The position numbers and the translations under genes are program-made. A model generated the notes under the pieces. The model was not told where the DNA came from. It was given only the letters and a program-made list of their open reading frames with translations, and did not search any database. From contig OX597815.1 of NCBI GenBank assembly GCA_951406725.2, positions 95,356,001 through 95,420,000 of the forward strand: a stretch of 64,000 bases of DNA, in the 5' to 3' direction. The stretch's first letter is position 1, and every line of letters begins with the position of its first letter. The DNA comes from Octopus vulgaris. Lineage: Eukaryota. Shown here piece after piece: positions 36,245 to 49,958 of the stretch.

Positions 36245-36367
36245 CAACTAGAAAAGCACTCGGAGAGCGCAGACCTCCAATAAGCAGCTCATTTCTACCC
36301 ATATACGCGCATGCTGAAAATCGCCCAATTTCCCAAATCAATGCCGGCAAAACATAACCTCCTTGGC
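36245..36367 (+). mobile_element. Short Helentron-associated (HINE-like) element
   Basis: caactagaaaagcactcggagagcgcagacctcc ... aaaacataacctccttggc termini typical of HINE-type repeats. Confidence 0.5.
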
Positions 36368-36882
36368 CATATGAATGAATAAAAAAAAAACATTTAGAAA
36401 CAGGAATCATCTGAAGCAGTTATAATAGTACCATTACCTACCCACCACAGTCAGCAGATGTCACCACACCACTAGTAATACCGCCATCACTACAACCGCC
36501 CAGCAGGAGCAGAACTACAACGACGACGACGACCGCCACCACCATCACTACCACCATACCACAATCACGACCACAACTATCCTACCATTATTACTACCAC
36601 CACAATCACCAACATCATCAACAGCATTGCCATTGCTTCCCCTTCGACCGCATACAGCGCAATCAACGTTATCATGACGGTTACCTTGACAGTCACTTTC
36701 ACCACCACTACAATCAGTATAATCACTACAATACCACCATTACACAGCTAACACTATCATCAACACCACTATTATCACTATCACCTCAGCATCACACATC
36801 ACACTGCTCCTGTCGCCACTATTTTATCCTCCTCCTATACTTATCTCGATCATCACCATCATCCGCTTTCACCACAATCACT

Positions 36883-37325
36883 TAGATAAGTTTCGGCCGA
36901 AGTTGACTCTGGCCGTATCTAATTTAATAGTACCACCTGCAAGAGATACACAGCCAGCTCTGGGGAATCTTAGCCCATTCAATCAGAGGGTTATTGTTTT
37001 CAGAGACATATCAGGGTGTGGGTGATTTATCTGGTATTTGTTGGGGGAAAATCATCTAGGGATCGTTTGAATGCCGTGGAATCACTTTCCTCCTTTATGT
37101 GTGTTTAGCACGATATTGAAGAGGGCAGGGCCAAATAGTTATGTCATAGTGTTGTGATACGATACGAACATTTCTGTAGTGGATGGATGGCACGGGGGCG
37201 AAGCCTCGGACGAATTTTAAGGATAAGCAATGTGGACGGAATATTTTCTACATCATACAGATGATATACAACAAAGCCCGAGCTTTCTGAGTCGATTCCA
37301 ATAATCAATGCTTGCCATGTCATCC
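36883..37325 (-). mobile_element. CR1/L2-group LINE 3' fragment
   Basis: FKRSLDDF..QIPDKSP and the same 3' UTR as 452-512. Confidence 0.7.
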
Positions 37326-37700
37326 TCTGCACACCTCTGCCAAGCAGCTCATTTTAAGATAAATACGCGAGTAAAATTACTAATAGAGAAACGAAAATAA
37401 ACTTTGAAAACAGCAACGCCACAATAGATGGAAATGATGAACGCGGAAATGATAATCAAAGAACGTAACATTGTAATACTTCATGTAAAGTAAATATAAC
37501 AAATGAAAAATCCTTCAAGAATTCAAAAAAATTCCCGGATCACTACCAAAAATTTCATCATCTGTTCCTTGTGCCATTACCAACATTTCCCGTAAGTTTC
37601 AAATAGTGTTCACAACTTTTTGAGATATTTTGCACACAGACGGGCAGACAGACAAACCAACGTCGATGGAAATATAACCTCCTTCCTTGGCGGAGGTAAT
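37326..37700 (+). mobile_element. HINE-like non-autonomous element
   Basis: acctctgccaag near the start, ccggatcactaccaaaa, cagacagacaaac microsatellite and terminal ataacctccttccttggcggaggtaa hairpin; related to 36245-36367. Confidence 0.55.
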
Positions 37701-38749
37701 TAACTCAGAATATTTTTTCTGAAAGAGTCAGACGCTATCGTATTCTTTGTTTTAATACAGTTTTGCTTTTGCTGTGTCATTTAATCTCCTTCATTGATTG
37801 TCTTGTGTTTGTGACGTTATAGTTTATGATATACAGCATTATAATTAGAGCGAGTTTTGGCCGCATTTAGTAAGTTAATGTTATTTCTCTGAATTTGATT
37901 ACATTACAAGTTCTTCATTCCTTCCTCCCGATATTTTGTCTTTAATGTTATAGTATATTGGAGATTTGAGCATAAATATGACATTGTTTATATTTGAATA
38001 GGAATATTTTCTTTATCTGTTTCGATCCGCACTGAAAATTCTTAATAATAGTGTATTTTTGAATATAAATTTTTTTCATACACTCAGTTAATGCCAGAGA
38101 GAAATGGAACGTTGCTCCATTCCACCAGCTTGTTTGACTGTCTCACTGTAAGGGATTTTGAATTCTAAATATAATCAACAAATCAGTGATTAATTCAAAT
38201 CGTGGGAAATAGAAAATTCAGCATAAGAAGAAACCTTGTAGTTCAAAAACGAATAGTCTCAGTTAGAGATCGTTAGATTCAAAAGGTACTCTAGGTAACA
38301 TTTTAGTTTCTATTTGAAAACATAATCTCTGTTAATCGGTGTTTTCAAATCATTATATACCTTATACTATTCTCACCTATATTTGTATTTATTTTGTGCT
38401 GAGTTCATAGGTTGATACCAATAGACAACAGCTTTTCTTCCTTCTATTTTTGTATGTATAAATCTTTTTAGGGCTTACTGACTGAACATATATCCAACAA
38501 TTTCACCAAACGTCTGTATATACAGGACCTGCACTTAAATGTGATATTTAATCCCCAAAAGTTGAATTTAACTGACGTTCTTAACGTTAAGCTCTTTTCA
38601 TGCTGCTTCAGATTTATAAGAATTACTTTTGCAAAGGGAATATAATCTGTGATTTCCGCTTCTTGTGTATAGGAGCTCCTCACAGACTGAGTGAATTGAA
38701 CACAAGTAAAAAATTAAAGTCACTGCAAACTTTATATATATTTATTATA

Positions 38750-38840
<91 letters not shown>

Positions 38841-39049
38841 ATATGCCTGTTATAATAATAACAATTTTACATTATTTTGAAGGATCATTCTATGCATATG
38901 TTAAGAGTAAAACATATTTTATAAGAATAGTACTGGCAGTGACTTCTAAGGCTATCATTGGACTGTCTTATTATTCCTTAGCTAGCCGAATCTTCGAAGG
39001 TAGGTGTCCTGACAGGCATTGACTATTGGGGGTCGACTAAAAATACGCA

Positions 39050-39505
39050 ATCTCTACTCTCTCCAACGCTGCCGGAAGCGCTACATCATTTGTGTGATGT
39101 GGAAAATATTTCATCAAAATTTCACAAATGACGTTTGCATCAATTTTAAAATCCACCAAAGATTTGGTCACCATGCAATCCGCCCACCATAAAAATCGAA
39201 CTCAGGACACACAACAACATTACATCTAAACTACTTTACCTCAACCGCTACAGCTCTATTTAATAGTATACCAAAATACGTCAAAACAGAAACGGATCCA
39301 CTAAAATTCAAAACCTAACTAGAAAATTTCTTCAAAAAATCTCCGACTAAACTCCTACACCCGCATATGTCTTCAATAATAATGACCCTTTGCTAGAGTG
39401 GGCCATGGTGCTCCATATATGATTAAAAGACTTCACCAGGTGGTGTTATCAAGTTAGACATAGCTTGGACTATACTGGCCAAAACCTATCAAAGTTTTCA
39501 AAGTT
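39050..39505 (+). mobile_element. CR1/L2-group LINE 3' fragment
   Basis: LQRCRKRYIICVMWKI and DPLKFKT, then UTR ccaggtggtgttatcaagttagacata homologous to the other two copies. Confidence 0.6.
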
Positions 39506-39507
39506 AC

Positions 39508-39556
<49 letters not shown>

Positions 39557-39651
39557 TAGATAGATAGATAGATATGAATGTATGTATATATATACATACA
39601 TACATACACATATAGATATATATGTACTTGCGTGTGTATGTGGGTGCGTAT

Positions 39652-39688
<37 letters not shown>

Positions 39689-42600
39689 TGTGTGTGCATG
39701 TATGTGTGTATGTATGTATGTATGTATGTATGTATGTATGTATGTATGTATGTATGTATGTATGTACTTGAATGTGCCTGTGTGTGATTGTCAAGTTTAA
39801 CTGCGGAGCATAATTGATCAATTTGTAGTGAAACAATGTTAATTTATGAATAGACACTAACAAATATTAATACTAGAAATAAAATTTAAACAAAATGTTG
39901 CATCTTCTTAAATGCAGGCGCGCAATCATTAATCATGTTGTGTGACCTTCGCTGTGAGGGGAGAGGATAAACGTCACACGAAGCAATTAAATCTGTAATG
40001 AATGACATAAAGGGGGTTGGAAACAATCCCAACATCAAGTTTTGAGATGACTCATTATTTGTTTTCATTTAATACAAACATGAAAAACATCATTTAATAA
40101 AATCAGCAAGAAGAGCAAAATATAAATCGAGTCAATAATCGTAAACAATTATCGAAACTATAAATGAAAACAAACAAACAAATTTAATGTAAAAGGAAGA
40201 AAAATATTTAACGAGTAGTCTTAAAATGATATGCTGGGATTTTACCAGTCCCTCATGTCATTAATTAACGTTTAAATTGCTTCATGTGTCTCTCAATGCC
40301 TTCACTACTTGATCTGTTATTATAACTCTTTATATGTGTATTTAATTTTGCATTTCTATCTTTTCGTTGAAATACTATTTTTCGTTATAAATTACGGTGC
40401 TAATCCCTTTCACGATTTTGTTATCTGATAAAGTAATATTAAGACCAAGTTATGTTGTATGAGTTGAAATAATTTGCGTTACTAACATACTCGTAGACAT
40501 GTATACATATACATATATTTGTGCGAGCATACATATCTTCGCAATTTATATGTGCATTCTCGACTTCGTATCTATTGTAAACGCCACCTGATATTACATA
40601 CCTTAAGCTCTGAATTTCTAATAGAATTATAAGAGCACTAACGTGAACGTGGCGTATTTTGACCATCGTAAACATAAAAGTGACTCTCCGATCCCCCCTC
40701 GAGGTTTCAACATAACGAATTTCATTCAGAGAGAAAGAGAACGAGAAAGAGAAATTGAATGGTAAAATCGATCTCAGCGCTGGACTGTGTCTTTACTTAT
40801 CAGAACCATAAAAGACAAAATCGAATTTGGCAGTACTTCAAGCCAGAGCTCACACAGCCGAAACGACGCACTAATCACTTTTTAACTGAACGTAAAACGT
40901 ATGGGGCTCCTTACAGATGAAGCGCCTTAAGAAATGATCAACTCAACTACCCCATTCTTAAGTAAGCAAAATGAAATAAAAACCAAAAACAAAAAACAAA
41001 ACAGTGGACTACAACCACATACACGTAGATAAACACACATACACACACATATGTTTATATTCTCTATTGCAAATTACAAAACTAAAGTTCTGTTCAATGC
41101 ATGAATGAAAATACTTAAACATTTTATGATTATATCTTTATGGAAGTGCAAGAAAGAATAACAAATGAGTATGATGAATAAATGCAGAGGAGTTTCGCTA
41201 TGATAACATGGAAAATGACTTCCATATTCCTGAGAATACTGAATCAATGTGGAACTGAACGATCACTTGAGAAGGAAATCTTGCATCTGATCAATAAAAA
41301 CTGAATTTAAAGTGTGATTTTACTGTTGTTGTTACTCCTGTTTGGGTATTTTTGTTGTATTAATTTATTCTTTGTTATTTCCATACTTGTAGAGCTGGTA
41401 CCAGTGCAAGCGTCCTATTTCTTGACTACTGCACTGAGAAGAAAGTCGTTAAGCAGTCAGTGGCTGTAAATATTTCTTGATTTTACTGATACACTTTGAA
41501 CATGAGCTTAGTTAAGATTTACTTTTAATTCAATTTGTGAAACATAGCAGCTAACCGTCGCAGAAGCTTAATTTCTACTGACAAATACATCGCATCCACT
41601 CACGTTTAGTGTATGATAATGAAATTCTAGATTTTGACCGGAGTACCTCATCTCATCACTAACAGCAACTACTTGTGACATGTGACCGCTCTTGGGCTGG
41701 ATTTATATCCTGATCTGTACGTTACTGAGAATCATTCTCGGCCTTCTTGCAGTTATACTAAAGATGGAGTCGTTGCTGTTGTAGAATTTGTTATCCTTGA
41801 TGTAGAACTTGTTTTATTTGATGTTTGTAGTGTATTCTTGTCGTTGTTATCTGTGTTTGATGTATTGTTGCTGCCACCATTGTTGCTAGAGTTGCTTTCT
41901 TGTTCTTCAAGTATCTCATATTTTTTATTCCGCCTTTGTCCGTTTTTTTCTTAATGTTACTGCTATTGTTAATGGTGTTGTTGCTCCTAAAATTAAAGCT
42001 ATTCGCCTACCTGTATTTTATCAATATTATACATATGTGCATATATGCTACCGCACTACGAGTTAGTTTCAGATTAATATTTATTTTTGCTTTGACAGGT
42101 GAAACTTTCAAGCCAGACCAAAGCGTTACTGCTTCACAACATACTATCCTGAATGCGTTGAATAAATTCCAAGCGAAGTATTTCGTTTGTTAGCTGTAAA
42201 GAATGGAAAAATGCAATTTTTACTCTTGAGATATTGCAAACTACTTTTACCCCGAGTATGTCTAGAACACAATTACCGGCAAAAATACAAACTTATAGGT
42301 GAATAGATTTACAGAAACGCGTTTAAGATCAGAGAATCCACCTCATACACGAGCATAACAACAATAACAATAATAACAACAACACGACGACAACAAGAAC
42401 AACGACAACAAAACCAACAAGCATAATGGTAAAATTAATGATAACAATAATAAAAATGCTAATAAAAATAATATTACTAACTACAAATCTGTAGACCGCT
42501 TCTGAAACCTAATATTTGAAGTAAACTATTCTCGATACAATACGCTGACAAATAACTTACGTGTACCTTTTTTGATTTATTTGCTTAAATATTTTTCTTG

Positions 42601-43115
42601 GCGCTCCCGTTGACTAGCCAAATAGAAATGAAGTCGGTACCATTACCAGCAAAGACAGATTTTCTATTTTATTATTTCGTTTACTACTTCATTACTTACC
42701 TTTGAATGGGAAAGCAATTACATTCAAGTCAAAGAAATGAAGTTAATATATGAAAATTGATAGAATTTACGAAGTGTTTTCATCTTCTACTGCGAAACTG
42801 TTTATTCACTTCTCATTAATGGTACTCTAGCGTAGCACAATTTTTGTTCTGGTTTACCCATAGGTCTTCAAAGCAAGAAAAGGATGAAATCGTATAAATC
42901 AAACATACACATATACATTAATATAGACGGATATATAAAAAATATATAAAACTACAAACACACACACACATAAGCGTGCGTGCGATTGTGTTTATACATA
43001 TAAAATAATGTAGGTGCATGCTTACATACATATACACATACATACCTACATACATATATGTACATGAATATATGTATGTATATATTTATATATGTATGTA
43101 TGTTTATATAATTGA

Positions 43116-43166
<51 letters not shown>

Positions 43167-43174
43167 TTTACACA

Positions 43175-43330
<156 letters not shown>

Positions 43331-44943
43331 ATGCGTATATCCTTTTCACAAGTTTAGGAGTTTGAGCGAGTCGAGAAGCACTGAACCGTTAACAGCTGAT
43401 AAATACAACCGATGATCAGAAGTAATCTAATCTAAAGAAACTTAATTTTCAGACAAGAATTCTCTTACTACCTAGACAAATGATTGAAAAATAAAAGTAT
43501 TTTTGATCTTGCTTTGATAAATTCTTTTATTTTGTTTTGTTACTACACTATATAAAACATAACAGATGAAATGGTTGAATTTCTATTAGGTTACCATTCA
43601 GACATCTATTAAATTGACTAGATGCAAAGAGTTTGGTCTTATAATGTTCCGATTATTTCCGACAGGTAGGACAACAACATTGTATGCAATGCCTTTTCTA
43701 TAGAAAAATACGAAATTTTAATAATAAACATCTGAATTGTTTTCATTTCTAATTTCACTATTAAGAATATTTTTGCGTGATAATATAGAGAAAAAAAATA
43801 GCCCATTCATAATATATACAATACATATTAAACGACAACGCGGTTGTGATAATTTTGATAATCATAAACATAATAAATATTGGAAAGTCTGTTTCGAAAA
43901 ATGAGACTATAGTTAACAAAACTTAATCATTATTTTGAAGTTATAAAGCAAACCATATAAAAATTTCAATTTATATGCTGTAATTGTTTTAACCTAATGC
44001 ATTTTAGATATTAACTTTCATATCCTAATAGCTGAATAGATTGCAGGCTAAATAAACAAACTCCACCTAGCGATTCGACAGACTAGTATTCTAGCTCAAG
44101 CCCGTTTCAGGGTCATTATCTCTCCAGTCGGGTTTCATCATTTCTTTACAGCTATATCCAATGGCTGGCCTTGACACCCGGCCGTCTGGATCACCTTTAA
44201 AATGACGTTTACTTGCCGATTTTGGACACCATTTGATAGCAGCTACCGTCTCAGTCTGGACCCGATAAAACTCTTACGTACAAATTATACGGGAAAGCGT
44301 ACTGCACTCCAAATAGCATCACATAGCAATCGTCTTTCTTAATCTGGGCTGTATCTAAATTGTCTTCCGTTGGGTCACTTAATTCAAGAATGTGTATTAT
44401 CTTACGTTCGTCACATTATATCATCATATCCGGCTTCATCTATGTTGCTGTTGAAAAGAGGCGTTCAGAATTATTCGATCTGCTGCTACCTTCTATACTC
44501 CGTCCAAGTTGTCGTCCTTCACAGTTTCCTTTAGTTTTGGGTCACCATCTTGACCTTGAAGGACAAACGTGATAAACCGTTTATTCTCATCCTTCTGCAA
44601 TTACTAGTCAACATAGATTTATTCAACATACATTTTGGCAGCATTATAGAGATCTCTAAGGATCTCATCGTGCCTCTCTGTGAATGATGCCAACGCCATT
44701 GAGTTGTTAGAATATGCTTAAGCTTGCCAACTTTTCCGCATTAACATTTGCCGTCGTTCGGTATTTTGCATCTCAGGAGATTGCGTGGAGATGGCAGTAT
44801 ATCATAAAGGGCTTGCAAAAGAAAACTAAACCACGATGTGCTCCCCCTCCAGATCTCATCCCCCCAAAATTTCCTTTTTTCCCCCCGCATATCCATATGC
44901 AGAAGTGCCTACACATACATATATAAATACATACATACATACA

Positions 44944-45007
<64 letters not shown>

Positions 45008-45223
45008 TACATACATACATACATACATACATACATACATGTATACACACACATATACACTCGTATGTACTAGCCTATGTACCCGGCGTTGCTCGGAAGT
45101 TAAAAGACTGTTAAAAGGAATAAATATATTTATTCTGATAAAAATATATTTTCAGAAAAATTCTATCTGACGACGTGAGTAATAAACAAAGCTAATAAAC
45201 CAAATCCTAAAATCAGTCACAGT

Positions 45224-46441
45224 TTAATTGTGTAGAACTTCTAAATATACAATGTGTTCACTGTGTGCTTTAATTGGGGTACAAATAAAAAGGATTTTGG
45301 GATTTCCAACTCTCGAACATCGTACATGTTGTTGCTCATGAGAGAAGCAAGGAAAAGCAAGATTAGGTCCAACAACCTTGAACGATTGTCCTTTAGATTT
45401 GTTTATCGACATAGAAAAAATTAGTTTCACTAGGAACTTGAGCCGTTTAAATTCAAAGGGGAAGTCTGATAAGGGTAATGGGATCCGTGGAATTAAGACA
45501 TCCTCACCATTATATTTCGCAGTGAGAATTGCTGCCTCTAGGACATGGCGTTGCATCGCTTTCGCCACCAGTCTGGTGCCATTGCACAGGCGAGGTGGAT
45601 ACAGATTCTTGAGTAGCAAAATTAGGGTCCCCTTTTTAAGTGTTAAGTAGTAATTACCATCCCAGATGGCTGCAGAGAGTTTAGGAACTCAGTTGGAACT
45701 ACAGCTTGGTCCTGATCAAGGACTGTATCGAGGGAGTTGAAAGACTGTCTTTATCCTGGCAACAGCTGCACGAAATCCCAATTGATTTTGTCAACAGCAT
45801 CATTACGTGGAGCCAAGATAACTCGCTCACATAGCCATTGACGGATACTAAAGTTTTATGCAATGTTTGTAAACACATGCGTTTTGAGATCATTGACAAT
45901 TGGTACAATCTCGCTAGAGGGTCGCTTATCTTGATGCATTTGGTGGATATAAGATAGTTGCCAATTCCCTATGTTCAAAAGGTGGCGTGAAACCAGCCCG
46001 ACAGCTTGATCACCAAATATATGGGCCCTCATTTCAACTGTCATATGAAGGTTGGTCACTTGCCACGTATAGGTTTGCTTGAGACGGCCCTTTAGTTCAT
46101 CTTCTTTTGTACCTTTTTGGATCACAGGTGTGGTTTGTCTGAAATCCCCAGCCAAAACTAGAATGACCCCAGCCATAAAAAATGTTCTTTCTTCTCAAAT
46201 CTCTTACGTTACGGTCACTTCAAGTGCTCCGCAGTGAGACATAGTGCGTTTATCCTAGACGATCAGGCACGTCTACTGCAAGACCTTGGCCTTAGCTGAT
46301 GTCTTAGATATGCTACAAATTGGATTCTCTGTCCTAACTAAATTCAAGGGAAGCGTGAAAGTAGAATGAGCTGTTCGAGCACCTGTTAAAAGAATAGCTG
46401 CAATTCCAGATGTGCCGCTAATGTAATGCACCGATCTAGAC
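45224..46441 (-). pseudogene. Helitron PIF1-family helicase domain remnants
   Basis: SGIAAILLTGARTAHSTF, LAGDFRQT, LCNGTRL, IPRIPL, SINKSKGQS and CFSHEQ (ORFs 46273..46503, 45856..46176, 45224..45619). Confidence 0.88.
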
Positions 46442-47608
46442 AAAATGTTCTCAATACATTTTTGACCAAAAGCCCCTAGAAAATATTTTAAAAAATTATT
46501 CAATATAATACTTATTTTGATATCAGCAGATAATGATTAAAGAATTAAGGGCGCCGTTTTACATATGCGCTTGTACGCAGCCGGGAGTACAGACGTACAA
46601 ATTGAAATGCAAAAAAACCCCCACGAAATAATGAATTGAAAGTGTGGTAATTGCGTTCATTTCCACCACGTGGCACTTATGAGATCAACGTGTTGCCTAT
46701 CGAAAGAGTGCTCTATGGTATAAGTAAATGCCGATGAATCATTTCAAAGCTTTCCGATTTCCCTTATCAAAATAGTGAGAACTTGTGCAACAAACTGACA
46801 TAAAAGTTATTGTCACCCGGTAAGAGGATTGTTTATGATCAGGAAAGATAATGTATTTGATTGAAATTGTTGAAATACATATGTTCATATGAGTAGCAAA
46901 TTGTGAAGGATGGGATTCACTGTACTAGGGCCTAGTTAGTTTGAGTCACAAAATCAGCCCCCTTTTAAAATGACGTAAGGAAATCTGAGAATTTGTCATA
47001 TTATACACATTCTTTTATTCAGAATCTAATGTGTTTCATTCACAAAATCTTCATCTTTTAAAAGGAAATGAAAGACCTGAAAATTGGTTATCTTGATGCA
47101 ATTTTCCACGCTTATTTTTATGAAGCCATGAACATCTTGAGAAAAAATTTGACCCACGCAACTTTTTTTTATAATACATGGTTTGAAGATATGGACAGTC
47201 CGAATCTACCATTTATAATTTCCAAATACTTTTTTTAAATATTTCGTAATCAAAATTGCGTAAATATGTGTGCCAGAAATAAAGTTTTGAGAGATCTCTT
47301 ATTATGACTGATTTTGATGCCATCATTCTAATATCTTCTAAAACTAAAATATATATATGTATAAATGCATACATACACAAAAATATATACACATACATAC
47401 ATTTTTACAAAGTTAGTCTTATATACATCCTTGTCTAAATATATAAATATTTCGGCATATCTACACAGTTGTGCCCCAAAGATTTGCTCCTTCATAACCA
47501 TGAGAAAATATTTCATTTCTACAAATATGCCTCAGATTATGTAGATTCCGATTAAATTGGAATTCATTGTGAAAGGAATTTTAGAAAGTCCCCACTATTA
47601 GAGTTTGT

Positions 47609-47658
<50 letters not shown>

Positions 47659-48161
47659 GTGTGTGTATGCATATTGTTTTAATTATATCTTTATACACGC
47701 ACGTACTTTAGAAACTGGCACACCGTCGGTTACGACAATCACATACATCCAAAACTTCTTTGCCACTCTTCCAACTTTATTTTTCATTTTAAAACGACAG
47801 TTTTCGTTTATTTGGACTATATGTCGTACCACTGTACAGCTGTCTGTCTGCTGATATTGCAGCATGTCACTGGCATTTCACGTATAACGTTCAGGCTTAT
47901 ATGAAAAAGTGTGACTTTCTTCCATAAAAGTATTAAAAATTTATGTGGAAATTATAAAAAGAAACAAACGGTATATTCGGACTGTCCGTATTTTAAAACC
48001 AAGAATTAACAAAAAAAGAAAAAAAAATGGTGGGTGTTTTTTTTGCATAATCATATAAATTCCATTGTGCAGAAGACAGAATCCAAAAGCTTTGTAATAT
48101 TAGAAATGTTATGGGTGTTCTAGCACGTGCTTACATCATAATTCCGCCTATTCATATGGAA

Positions 48162-48206
<45 letters not shown>

Positions 48207-48327
48207 ATAGAGGGCATTATTACACATAAATGCCTCACACTAGGAGGGACAAAGTCATTACTACCAAAATTATACTAATCATACCCAAATGCAGTTTTTC
48301 AAAGCAAGACATTTAAAAATGAATTAT

Positions 48328-48383
48328 GTTCTGTATCACCGTGATTTCACATACAACTTGCGTCTAATGATCGTCAGCAGAAC
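48328..48383 (-). ncRNA. Type-I hammerhead ribozyme (tandem unit 1)
   Basis: Minus strand gttctg-CTGACGA-t-CAT-ta-GAC(GCAA)GTT-gt-ATG-t-GAA-ATCA(cgg)TGAT-A-cagaac: 6-bp stem I, intact core, GNRA-capped stem II, 4-bp stem III, AUA triplet. Confidence 0.85.
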
Positions 48384-48806
48384 TGATTCTGAATACATCA
48401 TAAATAAACTACCAACCTTACGTAGCGAAGACGAACAGACAACTGCTCACTCCGGCCAAGCACATGGAATGTTTATAAATCATATATCCGGTAAATGGCG
48501 GGCTTTTTACGAACTGCATGTCGGGTAATGAAAAGTATTTCGGAATAAGTTTAACAATTAAGGATAATCTCTTAATAAGGGATCTTAACAAGAAATTATC
48601 GGGTAGCTAGCGTGAAAACCTCATAAAAGAAAAGAATCCGAAAATAATTTTTTTCTTTTGAACAAATTAATTATATCTATATTGTATAGAGGGCATTATT
48701 ACACATAAATGCCTCACACTAGGAGGGACAAATTCATTACTACCAAAATTATACTAATCATACCCAAATGCAGTTTTTCAAAGCAAGACATTTAAAAATG
48801 AATTAT

Positions 48807-48862
48807 GTTCTGTATCACCGTGATTTCACATACAACTTGCGTCTAATGATCGTCAGCAGAAC
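48807..48862 (-). ncRNA. Type-I hammerhead ribozyme (tandem unit 2)
   Basis: Identical motif 479 bp from the first. Confidence 0.85.
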
Positions 48863-49213
48863 TGATTCTGAATACATCATAAATAAACTACCAACCTTAC
48901 GTAGCGAAGACGAACAGACAACTGCTCACTCCGGCCAAGCGCATGGAATGTTTATAAATCATATATCCGGTAAATGGCGGGCTTTTTACGAACTGCATGT
49001 CGGGTAATGAAAAGTATTTCGGAATAAGTTTAACAATTAAGGATAATCTCTTAATAAGGGATCTTAACAAGAAATTATCGGGTAGCTAGCGTGAAAACCT
49101 CACAAAAGAAAAAAATTATTTTCGGATTCTTTTCTTTTATGAGGTTTTCACGCTAGCTACCCGATAATTTCTTGTTAAGATCCCTTATTAAGAGATTATC
49201 CTTAATTGTTAAA

Positions 49214-49264
<51 letters not shown>

Positions 49265-49265
49265 T

Positions 49266-49297
<32 letters not shown>

Positions 49298-49958
49298 CGT
49301 GTGTGTCATGTGTGTGTGTCTGGGTGTTTGCTACTGTCTGTTTCTCTTTTAGTTTTTGTTTAATAAGACACATCAACGAATGAGCCAAAGAGGTAGTCTC
49401 TATGTGGTTGTTCAATTTGCAATAAATAACAGCCAAATCTCCCTCATACTATGCTATTGTTAGTATTAAGGAATGGGAAAATGTTTACTGCCCTCCATCA
49501 TTACGATTAAAATTAATATTTTAGAGTTTTTTCGGCTCTGTGATTTTAATTTTTCTTAAATGCTTCTGTCCGTTGCTTGATACAGGAAATTGGGAAATCC
49601 TAATCAAAACTGAAAACTTCAAACTTAACAAAAAATATAGAAAGAAAAAGAAAAGATTCTGTTTTCCAAAGCTAAAAGATGTGTTTTTAGCTGGGATGTA
49701 ATATTATAATTAAAATAAATTCAAAATCTAAATTTCAGAACATGAGTTACCACGTTATCTGAGGTATAGCTGCAGTTCAAATTGGTACAAAACCTAAAAT
49801 AATACTGTGTTTCCGTGTGTGTGTGTTTGTGTGTGGTTGGTTCCTCAATAGCTAGGGGTCAATTTAAGTTCAGTCCCTGAAAGGAATTCAAAATGGCAAC
49901 ACATGCAATTATTTACATAGAAGCATACCCATACATACACGCACATATACAGATAATA

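Larger units (their letters stand above)
48201..49219 (-). repeat. 479-bp head-to-tail tandem repeat (~1.9 units) plus inverted terminal segment, flanked by (TA)n; hammerhead-bearing (retrozyme/PLE pLTR-like)
   Basis: Unit 1 is 48201-48679, unit 2 is 48680-~49102 (near identical); 49103-49219 is the reverse complement of ~48544-48660. Confidence 0.92.

Noticed and set aside
36883-36930. ggcc...ggccgaaac resembling hammerhead stem II plus GAAAC
   Set aside because: No upstream CUGANGA core; better explained as a LINE 3' stem-loop.
44100-44800. Possible very old RTE-like fragment on the minus strand
   Set aside because: Too degraded to support beyond weak motif resemblance.
48289-49007. Identical 79-aa ORFs at 48289..48528 and 48768..49007
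   Set aside because: Identity follows from the recent tandem duplication; no recognisable domain; antisense to the hammerhead strand.
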